DNA of 32,000 nucleotides from Acaryochloris marina MBIC11017 (GCF_000018105.1 NC_009925.1:5910001-5942000); one strand, 5' to 3'; positions 7,715 to 17,156 are shown, numbered from the stretch's first letter. A program made the numbers and translations. The notes: generated by a model from the sequence alone, not told the origin.

Positions 7715-9250
7715 ATGATGTCGAAATCCTTTTCAATACCTCTTTTGCAAGCATGGCTTCGCTATTGTTTAGCACACAAGTCCTCAAACACATCTTCAGA
7801 TAAGGGATTTGCGTTACCGCTAGCCTTAGGTTTGGGCTTTGTCATGATTATTTTGGGATTGTCAACAATGATGATAGCTCAAAGTGATCGCACCTCTGCG
7901 TTTAGCCGGAAACAGTCAGGTGTTAGTTTAGCCCTAGCAGAAGGGGGGATGGCTCGTTCCTTAGCCCAGTTAAACAAGCCGAATAATGCTGTTTTACTAA
8001 ATCGTAATTACGATACGATCAATCCCGAAACAGGTAAGACCTATCTGGGGCCAGATGGCTTTTTCAATAGTGGTGATGAAGAGGCCAGTGCGATTGATGA
8101 ATGGACTGGCTATGACCCAAGTAATTCCTCTTGTTATCAGCAAAAAGGATGGGGTAGCCCTAACTTTGCACTAACGGGTTCCTTGGGTGAAACGGGTTCT
8201 TACACGGTTAGAGCATATCGGTATAATCCCCGTGCACAACAAGGGACACTATTTATTGAAGCCAGTAAGGATGGAAGAACAACGGGGGTTCAAATCACTA
8301 TTTCCGTTCAACCAGATTTAGAAGACTTTCCTGGTGTTGTTTTAAGTGAACCTACAGGGAACGATTCCTCTGGCACAGGTGTTTTGGCCTTAAGAGGTCG
8401 TGTGATTCAGGGCAGTAAGAGCAATGTGTATTATCACCCCTCTTCTTCCGCAGATTCATCCCTTAGTGACAGCGCTGCATCTGGGGACTCTAATCGTGGC
8501 AGTTATTTAAACGCAATTTGGTCATCTAACCTCGATGGAGTGAGTCAAGATACAGTCCAAGGGAAGATTTTTGCCTGTACTCTTCGGGCTAACCTCCCTC
8601 CTAGCGAAACCGGGACAGATTTAGGAACAATCGATAGTAGTACGACGATTGAAGGGATTGCTGGAAAACATCGCACTTACTTTACCGTCGATCAAATCGA
8701 CCTCAGTGGAAGCGAAATCTTAACCGTCGATACAACAAATGGCCCTGTCCAAATAGACATCATCAATAATAATGTCAACAGCCTCAAATACGGACTCACG
8801 CTTCGTGGAACAGCCAAAATCTTGAATGTGCGAACGGATGGGCAGCCCCCCCGCGTGGGAGATCTAAGAATTATTGCAAGAAGGAATGACCGTATTACCC
8901 TTTATGACCAAACCTGCATTCAAAATGCATTTTTATGGTTCCCAATCGATGAGTTAAGATTGCTGACCACTGGGCCAGGGTGTCCAGGGGGACAAAATAC
9001 CAATGTAGAAGGGGTGGTATGGATTGAAGCCATTCTCAGCTCCAAAAATGAGGCCACTCACCGTGATGTGGAGTATTTGGAATCCAGCAGTCAAGATTAC
9101 GATACAACCACAAAATCAGGGATAACCTCTGGAATTGCAGTTTCCGAAGATATTGCTAGTGTGGTTGACCTCTTGAAATATATTGACTGGCCAGCAAAAT
9201 ATCGATTTGGTGGTGTTTTGAAATGGCAACGGTATAATTTAACGACTTAA
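7715..9250 (+). CDS. PilX-like large minor pilin / pilus-associated protein (cluster A)
   Basis: N-terminus ...DKGFALPLALGLGFVMIILGLSTMMIAQSDRTSAFSRKQSGVSLALAEGGMARSL is a PilX_N-like hydrophobic helix. It is a clear paralogue of ORF 29985-31334. Shared blocks are YTVRAYRYNP/YTVEAYRYSDP, FPGVV/FPGLM, DLSGSEILTVDTTNGPV/TLSGSDQVTVDTTSAPI and GVVWIE/GAIWVRE. Confidence 0.75.
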   Translation: MMSKSFSIPLLQAWLRYCLAHKSSNTSSDKGFALPLALGLGFVMIILGLSTMMIAQSDRTSAFSRKQSGVSLALAEGGMARSLAQLNKPNNAVLLNRNYDTINPETGKTYLGPDGFFNSGDEEASAIDEWTGYDPSNSSCYQQKGWGSPNFALTGSLGETGSYTVRAYRYNPRAQQGTLFIEASKDGRTTGVQITISVQPDLEDFPGVVLSEPTGNDSSGTGVLALRGRVIQGSKSNVYYHPSSSADSSLSDSAASGDSNRGSYLNAIWSSNLDGVSQDTVQGKIFACTLRANLPPSETGTDLGTIDSSTTIEGIAGKHRTYFTVDQIDLSGSEILTVDTTNGPVQIDIINNNVNSLKYGLTLRGTAKILNVRTDGQPPRVGDLRIIARRNDRITLYDQTCIQNAFLWFPIDELRLLTTGPGCPGGQNTNVEGVVWIEAILSSKNEATHRDVEYLESSSQDYDTTTKSGITSGIAVSEDIASVVDLLKYIDWPAKYRFGGVLKWQRYNLTT

Positions 9251-9663
9251 ACAGCCAATTCTAGTTACAAGGCCGATGATAATTAACTAGACACTCCGAG
9301 AAACCCTAACGGGTATGCAAGGGGATTCCCCGGATCGCTCCAAAGATTTCCTGTTTCAGTGCAAATTGAATGAGAAGCAATCAACTTCCCCGTCTGCTTG
9401 TAACGGGGAATGCACCCCGATTAGATTCAAGATAACCAGTGCCTAGATACCCGATTAGCTGGCTGGAACTGCAATCTGAGTAAAGCAGACTTTGTTGCTA
9501 TCTGGACTAGTGATTTGCCCCACTTTCGCGGTCACAGTGTAGCAGTGCTGAGCACCCACAGAATCTTGCATCTCTGTCTCTTTATTGATACCAGAACCAC
9601 TGTAGATGTTAGATTTTTGAGCAGTGGTCATGATTTCTTTATTTACTTCAAAGTCACACCATT

Positions 9664-9735
9664 CCTCGTGCCTGCCCATCGCCAGTTCCAAGTGATCTTC
9701 CTCGTGCCTGCCCATCGCCAGTTCCAAGTGATCTT
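9664..9735. repeat. perfect 36-bp tandem duplication (2 copies)
   Basis: The unit CCTCGTGCCTGCCCATCGCCAGTTCCAAGTGATCTT occurs at 9664-9699 and again at 9700-9735. A degenerate partial third copy follows. Confidence 0.9.
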
Positions 9736-10056
9736 GTTCGTACCCGGTTGTTGAGTCGCGGTTAGCAAGGGGATTGGCTGGTAATTACCAGCACGGGAGG
9801 TTGCTTTACTGCTTAATCGATGAATCTCTACATCAGAGATTTTACTCCGCAAAAATAAGTCAACTTGGTTTTCATTCACACAAGCCTGAAACCCTCCCTT
9901 ACCCATCAGTACTCCTGGAGCAGTGCAGGTGGGAGCAGTTATCGATTTGTTCTGCAATAGCATCCACTAAGGTATCGCTAGCAACGGGATTACTACAGGG
10001 GTCGATACTGCCATCACTTCGGGGAACTCGGCCAAACCGATAAACTGAGTTGGGGG

Positions 10057-10560
10057 CTAACCAATCTCGGGTACTGGGACGGACATCATACACAACCTGA
10101 TCGTAGGTAGCCGGTTGAGGCGGTGGAGAAACGGCATTGGGGCTTCCAGCGGGGCAAATGTCAGGAACTTGAGCAGAATGGGAGTTTCTAAGTAAAGAAC
10201 TGGGTTACTCCAAATAGATGAATCTAGCCCTGCACTCGTCAGCACATTAGACATGGACGAAGCATTCGTTGCTTTCAGCATTTGAGATTGGTTAATCCGG
10301 ATGGCCATTCTAATTTCATTGCTAATGAAATCAAAGGCTCTGCTCAAATCATGACGACGGGCCGCGATTGCTTCGGTTCGTTTATTAGACTGAGTGGCGG
10401 CAATAACCCCAAACCCCGCAAGACTCAACACTAAACTCGTCACTAAAGCCGCAACTAGCAGTTCCACGAGGGTGTAGCCCTTAAATGAATCTGAGATTCC
10501 TTCTGCTCGCTGCCGATTCAAACCATAGCCGCCCCGATGAGACCTCATTGCTCCTCCCAT
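10057..10560 (-). CDS. prepilin-type N-terminal methylation-domain protein (N-terminal part of the PilW-like gene)
   Basis: Prepilin motif KGYTLVELLVAALVTSLVLSLAGFGV, followed by AFDFISNEIRMA (compare AIDFIADDIREA in cluster B). The last ~40 aa of this ORF look out of frame; see the pseudogene call. Confidence 0.6.
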   Translation of the reverse strand: MGGAMRSHRGGYGLNRQRAEGISDSFKGYTLVELLVAALVTSLVLSLAGFGVIAATQSNKRTEAIAARRHDLSRAFDFISNEIRMAIRINQSQMLKATNASSMSNVLTSAGLDSSIWSNPVLYLETPILLKFLTFAPLEAPMPFLHRLNRLPTIRLCMMSVPVPEIG

Positions 10561-11402
10561 TTCTCAGCGGTACAACGTCCAGAATCCGTTATTGAGGTAG
10601 GCTTAGTGTCTCCTTGGTAGGTGCCAATTCGGGTTAACCCTAGCGTGTTGGAAATGGCAATACAGCGTTTCGTAACCTTGCTATCAGAGGGGTTGAAGAA
10701 AACAATCTTGCCACTAGGGTCAGTGGGGACTTCTTGGGAACTGACAATTGCAAACTCAGGATTACCTAAGACCCCATATTTGATCGGGATACTCGTCGAT
10801 GTCACTGGATTGGATGACGGTTCATTTTGTACATCCTCTGGATCGTTATCTTTACAGGTTCCGAAACCTAATCCTCGGCTGGTGTTACCTTTGCATTTAG
10901 TGATAACCTGAACCACCATTCCTGCCTTGGGCAAATTGGCTTTATCCTCCGAACCAGGAGCCAGAGCAATCTGGGAAACGCTCTCACCATCACTCAGTCC
11001 CAATGAGGGTTGCACATCTGATCCAATCAGCACAGGTTGCCCTTCATTTTGAGCGGTACTTGAATTGGTATCCGTGAGGTTAGTGGCGATCTCAACATCG
11101 GTATTCAGCGTGCGATCTCCCGTTCTCAAACATGGGCCTGTAATCTTCCCGTCCACAAAATTGAGGGTGAGGGTACAAATTTTGTTGCCCTTGATTGCTT
11201 CGCGTTGCGTTTCATTCAAAGCAGCCCGAACTTTAGCCATAGTCTGTTTCACTTTTGCTCGATTCATGGTAGCCATCAAGCTGGGGGCTGAGGCAGAGGC
11301 TGCAATGCCAACAATCGCACAAATTACCATCTTTTCGGCCAGGCTAAATCCTGCTTCTGACGGAGAACGGCTGAGTAAAACGAGTGATTTGAAGTGGAAC
11401 AT
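10545..11402 (-). CDS. GspH/FimT-like minor pilin with ~110-aa insertion (cluster A)
   Basis: Prepilin motif AGFSLAEKMVICAIVGIAASASAPSL. Blocks shared with 28691-29212 are KICTLTLN/KTCTINLP, CLRTGDRTL/CLRNGNRTL and KRCIAISNTLGLTRIGTYQG/SKCLVIAPGIGLTRVGEYIG. Confidence 0.7.
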   Translation of the reverse strand: MFHFKSLVLLSRSPSEAGFSLAEKMVICAIVGIAASASAPSLMATMNRAKVKQTMAKVRAALNETQREAIKGNKICTLTLNFVDGKITGPCLRTGDRTLNTDVEIATNLTDTNSSTAQNEGQPVLIGSDVQPSLGLSDGESVSQIALAPGSEDKANLPKAGMVVQVITKCKGNTSRGLGFGTCKDNDPEDVQNEPSSNPVTSTSIPIKYGVLGNPEFAIVSSQEVPTDPSGKIVFFNPSDSKVTKRCIAISNTLGLTRIGTYQGDTKPTSITDSGRCTAEKWEEQ

Positions 11403-11908
11403 AAAAATTCAGAGGAGTAACATAAATCAAGACAGTAAAGGAGCCGAGAAAGAGACCAAGGGATAATAAAATCATGGCAAAGCTGTATCACCCTGGAGAA
11501 TTGCCAAAGGTTGTTCCTAAGTGGTATCAGACTGATCTCACTGGCCGTTACACCCTCACAAATTACCCAATCAACCCAAAGCCACTTTTGTCAGCATTGC
11601 AACTGATCTGGGTAAAGGAATCGAAAACAGAAACTTTAGCTGTGAATGGGAATTAAACATCATCGCGATGCTGATCCCGATTGAAAACGTTGGTAGGCCT
11701 ATTGAGTTTGTGTTAAAACACTTTCCTCATACTGGCTTTGGTTGCCCCTCTTTGACGACAGAAATATTACGGAATTCCAGCCATTCGGGTGATTGCCAGA
11801 TGAATTCGTTTTATTCTAAAAGCTCATTCAATAATCTTTTCAGGTATTTGACTCAAATATGCCTAGGGAAGAGGTACGCGGAAAGAGTTAATGAAGGTTA
11901 CCAACCGC

Positions 11909-12517
11909 TTAAGGACATTTAAATACAGCATGTGGAATGACCTCAGTATCTACCGTGGCAATCGGTTTACTGCCCCCTTGTTCCGTCACTTGATAGGTGA
12001 CGTTTAACAACCAATACGGGTCAGAAGAGCTTGTATAGTTAGCGGTCCGAGTGAGGGTATAGTATTTCCCGCCTAATGCTCTAGGGCCAATAGTCGTGGA
12101 GGTTCCTCCTAAACCCATGACTGTGTCATTAAGAAAGCCTGAGGCAAACCCATCGCTAGTCAGTGTGGCTAAGCATCGAGAGGAGTAGGGTTGAGCCGTA
12201 ATCTCATATTGTGCCGCTTGATTGACAACGGTTTCTAAATCTTCCTGGATCCAACTCACTGCCTCGTCATATTGCGTGGCAACCACTCGTAATGCCGCTG
12301 AAGTCACGATGGCCTGCATCGTCATTGACACAAAAACAGCAGCTACAATCATTGCCACCAACACTTCGATTAAGGTAAACCCGCCATTATTTGCAGAGAG
12401 TGGTTTTGATGAGTCCCTCCAGGAAGACGCTTGCGGTCGCTTCAAATACAGCCATAACCACAGGTCTTTTGGGCTCATCGATCTAAACTGGTGCATAACT
12501 ACAACCTCACTAACCAA
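11909..12517 (-). CDS. PilV-like minor pilin (cluster A)
   Basis: Prepilin motif GGFTLIEVLVAMIVAAVFV, then EAVSWIQEDLETV (compare AANNWIQQDLEDV in cluster B). The C-terminus ..VIPHAVFKCP compares with ..VVSNAFFACP. The long N-terminal leader suggests the true start is an internal Met. Confidence 0.75.
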   Translation of the reverse strand: MVSEVVVMHQFRSMSPKDLWLWLYLKRPQASSWRDSSKPLSANNGGFTLIEVLVAMIVAAVFVSMTMQAIVTSAALRVVATQYDEAVSWIQEDLETVVNQAAQYEITAQPYSSRCLATLTSDGFASGFLNDTVMGLGGTSTTIGPRALGGKYYTLTRTANYTSSSDPYWLLNVTYQVTEQGGSKPIATVDTEVIPHAVFKCP

Positions 12518-12589
12518 CTGCTTTTCACCGAAAAGCTAACGAATTAAGAGCATATGGATAGACTCAGGTAGAATGGGTGGAACCTGACA

Positions 12590-13939
12590 TTAAGTACCTT
12601 GTTTAACAAGCATCCGTTGGAGCTTATTGATTTGGTGATTGCATTCATTGACCTCAGCAGAATGGACACGGTTGCGCCCTTGATATTTAGCCGTATAAAG
12701 TGCCTGATCCGCCTGCTTAACTAACCGCTCTTTGCAATCAGCGTGATCTGGATAGGTCGCCACCCCTAGACTTGCAGTCATATCGATATGCTGCTGTGAC
12801 GGAAGCACAACGGATTTCTCGGCAATGGCTAATCGAATTCGCTCTGCGATAACCCAGCTATCCGCACTCGTTGCCTTCGGCAGTATTACACCAAACTCTT
12901 CACCACCATAACGACAGACAATATCACCCGGTCGGACCTCCCGCTGAAGAAGTTGGGCAACTTCACATAGAGCGAGATCCCCAGCCTGATGACCATAGGT
13001 ATCATTCAACCGTTTGAAATGATCGATATCCACCATAATCAGGGAGACGGGATGTTCACCCCGTTGAGATCGCTCAATTTCCACCAACAACCACCGATTA
13101 AATTCTCGGCGATTGTATACTTCAGTAAGACCATCCAGTGTGGCTAATCGATACAAATCCTGCTGGCTCTGCTCTAACTGATTGGCCATCAGATTAAATG
13201 TTTCAGCCAAATGGTTAAATTCATCTTGGGTCTCTAGAGTAATGCGGTGGTGCAACTCCCCCTGGCCTAATTTCTCAACCCCTTTTGCCAAGGTCTGCAA
13301 GGGGTCTGTAATGGACCTGGACAAATAAAAGGCAAACAATAAGGCTAATGCTAGTGCCAACAAAGAAATGAAAGCGACCAAATATCTTACCTTTTCTCGT
13401 ACCGCCCTAGCTTTGTCAAAGTTAGCTTCATTTTGAAACGCAATCAACCGATAATTCAACTCTTGTGTGTTTTTCAAAATCCCCTGTAGCCTCTGACTAA
13501 GCTGAACTTTGGCATTAGCTAGCTGCTCAGGTTCTGTGGCCTCGAAAATTTGCTCGCATAGTCTGGCAATCTCCAGCCATTGGCGACGAATTTCTTGAAC
13601 AGAATTAAACTTCGTTGGCTGCCCTTGAAAATAATCTGAAAGTAGTGCCAGTTGGGACTTAATCACCAACTGTTTCCGACGATAATTCTGTAATGTCATC
13701 GTATTGGTCGGTTGAGCATGGGTAGCTACACTTGTTAACTCAAGAATTTCCCCCTCAACCTCAGCGAGAGGGAATAAAGCTTGTCGGCTAATACTATCTT
13801 GTTGCTCAAAACTTCCAACAGCTCCCTCAAAGGAAATCAAGGCCCCCCCCGCCAGCATAATCAGGGGCACCAGCATAGTTCCTAGCCCAACCCTGAGACG
13901 TTGGTGCAAGGAGGATTGTGGGGAAAACGGTAAGGACAT
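12590..13939 (-). CDS. membrane-bound HAMP-GGDEF diguanylate cyclase
   Basis: Two hydrophobic segments flank a helical sensor region of about 150 aa. The HAMP-like segment is ITDPLQTLAKGVEKLGQGELHHRI...FNLMANQL. The GGDEF domain has an intact GGEEF, with RPGD (RxxD I-site) five residues upstream. Confidence 0.9.
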   Translation of the reverse strand: MSLPFSPQSSLHQRLRVGLGTMLVPLIMLAGGALISFEGAVGSFEQQDSISRQALFPLAEVEGEILELTSVATHAQPTNTMTLQNYRRKQLVIKSQLALLSDYFQGQPTKFNSVQEIRRQWLEIARLCEQIFEATEPEQLANAKVQLSQRLQGILKNTQELNYRLIAFQNEANFDKARAVREKVRYLVAFISLLALALALLFAFYLSRSITDPLQTLAKGVEKLGQGELHHRITLETQDEFNHLAETFNLMANQLEQSQQDLYRLATLDGLTEVYNRREFNRWLLVEIERSQRGEHPVSLIMVDIDHFKRLNDTYGHQAGDLALCEVAQLLQREVRPGDIVCRYGGEEFGVILPKATSADSWVIAERIRLAIAEKSVVLPSQQHIDMTASLGVATYPDHADCKERLVKQADQALYTAKYQGRNRVHSAEVNECNHQINKLQRMLVKQGT

Positions 13940-13950
13940 GCAATACTCCG

Positions 13951-16302
13951 CTAGGTCAATAATTTTCTATGGTTCTTCAACGTTAAAAGCCATTTTTTTG
14001 CATCATCAGGCTCTAAGGGACGAGCAAACCAAAAACCTTGTCCGAGTTCGCACCCTAGCAGATTTAGATACTGGGCCTGCTCCACGGTCTCAATCCCTTC
14101 TGCCACAACGTTCATCTCTAAACCATGGGCAAGAGCAATTATCGTTTTCACTATCTGATCTTGACCCTGGCCAATCCCCCATACAAAGGAGCGGTCAATC
14201 TTTAAGGTATTGATCGGTAAATTGTGAAGGTAGTTCAAGGATGAATACCCCGTGCCAAAATCATCCAAACTCAGCAATAGTCCTAGTTTTTGCAGTTGCT
14301 CCAGCCGGTCCGTTACGTGATGTGTGGTTTCCATCAACACGCTTTCTGTAATCTCTAATTTGAGTAGCTCTCCTGGGAGCTGGTGGCCATTGAGTAAGGA
14401 TTGGATACTGGACACAAAGTCGGGTTGCAAAAATTGCTGGCTCGACACATTAATACTCATGGAGACGGGAGCCCAAAATTCTTCAAACCAAATGGCGAGC
14501 TGTTGGCAAGCCCGTTCTAGAACCCACTGGCCCAATGGCACAATCAGTCCCGTCTCTTCAGCAATTGGAATAAATTGCTCAGGCGAAATCAGCCCCTGCT
14601 GAGGATGATGCCACCGTAACAGGGCTTCAAACCCGATCAACTTTCGTTGCTGTAAACAAAAAATGGGCTGGTACTGGAGTTGGAATTGGCACTGTCCTTT
14701 CTCCAACGCTTTGACGGCATATCGCAAACTATTGCCCAGCCATAACCGAGAACGGACCTGCTTATGCATCACTTCATCAAAGACCACATAGCCACCCTGC
14801 CCCTGATCTTTTGCTTGATACATGGCCGTATCAGCATCCCGCAGCAGCTCCTCAGTATGCTCATATGAATTAGATGAGTGGGTCATGCCAATACTGACGG
14901 AGGTAAAGACTTCTTGATGATCAACCTGTAGAGGTTTCGCTAAGGAACGCTGGATGCGTTGGACAATCTCATGGGCTTCCTGGTGATTGTCTACACCATC
15001 CAGGAGTACAGCAAATTCATCTCCCCCCAAGCGGGCCAGTAAGTCATGAGAACGCAAGCTTTCGGACAGCTGACGGGCGAGGGCAACGAGGAGCTGATCC
15101 CCCACACTATGCCCCAAACTGTCATTAACGAGCTTGAAATGATCAACATCCAAAAACAACACTGCAAAGTGACAGGGGTCGTAAGACACTGAATATTCTG
15201 CTAACCGATGTTGCTGTAGCTGATGGAGCTTATACTGCAGCTCCTCGATGAAGTAATCTCGGCTGGGGAGCCCCGTCAATTCATCAAATAGTGCCTTATG
15301 CTTTAATTGCTCCGCGGTTCGATGCCCTTCCAGGGCAATACTGGCCAAATGAGTTGCGGTTTTAATGATGCTTAGATGGTGGTCCGTGGGAGCACAGGGG
15401 ACTTGGTGGGTCAGGGCAAACGTTCCTAAAAGCTCTCCCAACTGGGAAAAGAATGGCATTGACCAACAGGCTCGGATATTATGCTGACGGGCAAACTCAC
15501 GGAAATCCGCCCAGACTGGATCCTTGAAGGTGTCTTCCACATACACTGCCACGCCCCGAAAGGCCGCCGTTCCGCAAGAGCCAACGTTCTCAGCGATCAG
15601 TAAATGGTCAAAGGCAATGGCGACTTCGGAAGACAGACTCGGGCCAGCCCCCATGCGTAATTCTTGTTTACTGGGGTCCTTGAGCAAAATTGAGCAGACG
15701 GTGCCCCTGGATTGGGCTTCAATTAAAGTGCATATACAATTTAGGATGTCATCCAGCCCTTTACCCGTTGCTACATACTCCAGAATTTGTGTTTGGGTCT
15801 GCAACAAGGATTCAGATCGTTTGCGTTGAATAGCTGTTGCTAAGATCTGCACTACAGATTGAACAAAATTCAGGTCTTCTTTTAGCCAAGTATGAGGATT
15901 GGGGGTGAGAATTTCTAATATCCCTAGCGCCTGTTTAGCAGCAGAAATCGGCACACACAGTCCTCGCCGCTGTTGAGGCTGAGTGAGCGGTAGCTGTTCA
16001 GAATTTCCGGTTATAACGGCTATTTTCCCCGATTTGAGAACAGATTGAAGCCAAGGCAATTCACGACTATCGATATCGGTAGATTTACCTTCTAGGGTCG
16101 CTTTTTGTTTGGCTAATAGTCTTAATGTGTTGCTATCTGAAAGAAGTTGCCAGAGACAACAATCTTCAATGGGTAAATGGCGATTGATGAGTGAGATCGC
16201 CTCTAAGTACAACTCAGTTAAAGTAAATTCAGAAAGCGCTTTTTGGCCTAATTCTGATAATTCTGACTGTTTATCAATTGAGTTCGTCGTAAAGTCGTTC
16301 AT
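13951..16302 (-). CDS. GAF-GAF-GGDEF-EAL c-di-GMP turnover protein
   Basis: Two GAF-like modules, then GGDEF (RSHD I-site followed by LGGDEF). The EAL domain carries the EALLRW, DDFGTGYSSL, KIDRSF, EGIET and QGFWFARP motifs. It ends 11 bp upstream of the cyclase start on the same strand. Confidence 0.9.
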   Translation of the reverse strand: MNDFTTNSIDKQSELSELGQKALSEFTLTELYLEAISLINRHLPIEDCCLWQLLSDSNTLRLLAKQKATLEGKSTDIDSRELPWLQSVLKSGKIAVITGNSEQLPLTQPQQRRGLCVPISAAKQALGILEILTPNPHTWLKEDLNFVQSVVQILATAIQRKRSESLLQTQTQILEYVATGKGLDDILNCICTLIEAQSRGTVCSILLKDPSKQELRMGAGPSLSSEVAIAFDHLLIAENVGSCGTAAFRGVAVYVEDTFKDPVWADFREFARQHNIRACWSMPFFSQLGELLGTFALTHQVPCAPTDHHLSIIKTATHLASIALEGHRTAEQLKHKALFDELTGLPSRDYFIEELQYKLHQLQQHRLAEYSVSYDPCHFAVLFLDVDHFKLVNDSLGHSVGDQLLVALARQLSESLRSHDLLARLGGDEFAVLLDGVDNHQEAHEIVQRIQRSLAKPLQVDHQEVFTSVSIGMTHSSNSYEHTEELLRDADTAMYQAKDQGQGGYVVFDEVMHKQVRSRLWLGNSLRYAVKALEKGQCQFQLQYQPIFCLQQRKLIGFEALLRWHHPQQGLISPEQFIPIAEETGLIVPLGQWVLERACQQLAIWFEEFWAPVSMSINVSSQQFLQPDFVSSIQSLLNGHQLPGELLKLEITESVLMETTHHVTDRLEQLQKLGLLLSLDDFGTGYSSLNYLHNLPINTLKIDRSFVWGIGQGQDQIVKTIIALAHGLEMNVVAEGIETVEQAQYLNLLGCELGQGFWFARPLEPDDAKKWLLTLKNHRKLLT

Positions 16303-17156
16303 GAGGCCAAAGACGTAAATATTTAAGATACTGTGTTGAATAAGTCATTTCATTACATGGATTTTCAAAGGCAAACCGACCATTTTTCTGACAAGCCATG
16401 TCATTCATTGCTGAAAACCATTGCTATTTTGTTGAACTGCTAAAAAATAAAAATCAAAGTAATTTTCACTACAAAAAGCTCCTTTCAATCAACTAGCCAA
16501 TATAAAGACAATCAAGACTCTCTTTGAACAGGAAAGGGGGATGAAATGCGGTAAGAATGGGCGATTCGATCCTTGACCATTCTCTTAAGCTGACCCACAT
16601 CCAAAGGGTTTAACCCTCGAATGGCTTTTATATCCTCATACAAATCATCTCGAACAAGCTACGGAACTACCATTCCCAAGCTTCAAAGCAGCTTGAATCA
16701 TTCCGATTGACTTCATCTATGTCAAGTGATTAATCTCGGTAAAAGATAATTAGAAAGACTGTGCAGAATTAGTATGTACAAAAGAAATTGAACCTCATTC
16801 ATGGCTAGGAAAATCAAATGTATTTTGAGAGTGGACTTAGTAGGCATTGGTCAGAATGCTGAATGGTTGCTGATAAAAACAACCTAGCCATTGCAGTAGG
16901 CTTGAGGGTCAATGCCAATTTGCATAAGAATAAGTTATACATGACTGCACAGTTGTTTGCTCGATGACTCACAGACTATTTGTTGCAAGGCTTTTGACTA
17001 ACTGACATCCAATTAGGCGCTATCCATTTTTCTCTAGGCTGCTCACGTTGTCCCTGAATTGGCGGTCCAGACTTAAAATTTCACTAGCAGTTAGTTAATC
17101 AGTTGCGTTGCAAATAATGCTTCCAGGTACAAAACTCCTCTAAGCTTCATCCAAAA

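Larger units (their letters stand above)
9643..10560 (-). pseudogene. PilW-like minor pilin, disrupted by two frameshifts (cluster A)
   Basis: Similarity to the intact paralogue 28062-28694 runs in the 10560 frame to about 10180 (..SIWSNPVLYLETP vs ..NYSAILYLTKP). It then continues in the +1 frame (QVVYDVRPSTRDWLAPNSVYRF...TLVDAIAEQ vs TVAYYTFDTSSGSNWQGPQVIYR...PLVDRVSNA). It returns to the original frame near 9940 (APTCTAPGV..GGFQACV vs PGCSGSGTSGFEV). Confidence 0.55.

Noticed and set aside
7320-7793. ORFs 7320-7508(-) and 7518-7793(-) between the IS and the PilX-like gene.
   Set aside because: The first runs into the IS terminal repeat and the second overlaps the PilX-like start. Neither has motifs. 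They were treated as intergenic or promoter DNA.
9386-9410. Hairpin TTCCCCGT-N9-ACGGGGAA between the convergent PilX-like and PilW-like genes, as a bidirectional terminator.
   Set aside because: The stem is real (8 bp), but no T-run follows on either strand. It may still be a processing or protein-binding site.
9664-9735. Possible CRISPR array, because of the repeated 36-mers.
   Set aside because: There are only two directly abutting identical units with no spacers between them. This is a tandem duplication, not a repeat-spacer array. No cas genes are in the window.
11474-11922. ORFs 11474-11656(+) and 11668-11922(+) in the spacer inside pilin cluster A.
   Set aside because: They have no motifs and run opposite to the operon. 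The second overlaps the PilV-like stop. They were treated as non-coding spacer.
16520-16658. Short minus-strand frame LVRDDLYEDIKAIRGLNPLDVGQLKRMVKDRIAHSYRISSPFPVQRES in the AT-rich spacer upstream of the GAF-GGDEF-EAL gene.
   Set aside because: It has 46 codons, no start codon and no recognisable family. It is possibly a gene fragment but is unsupported.
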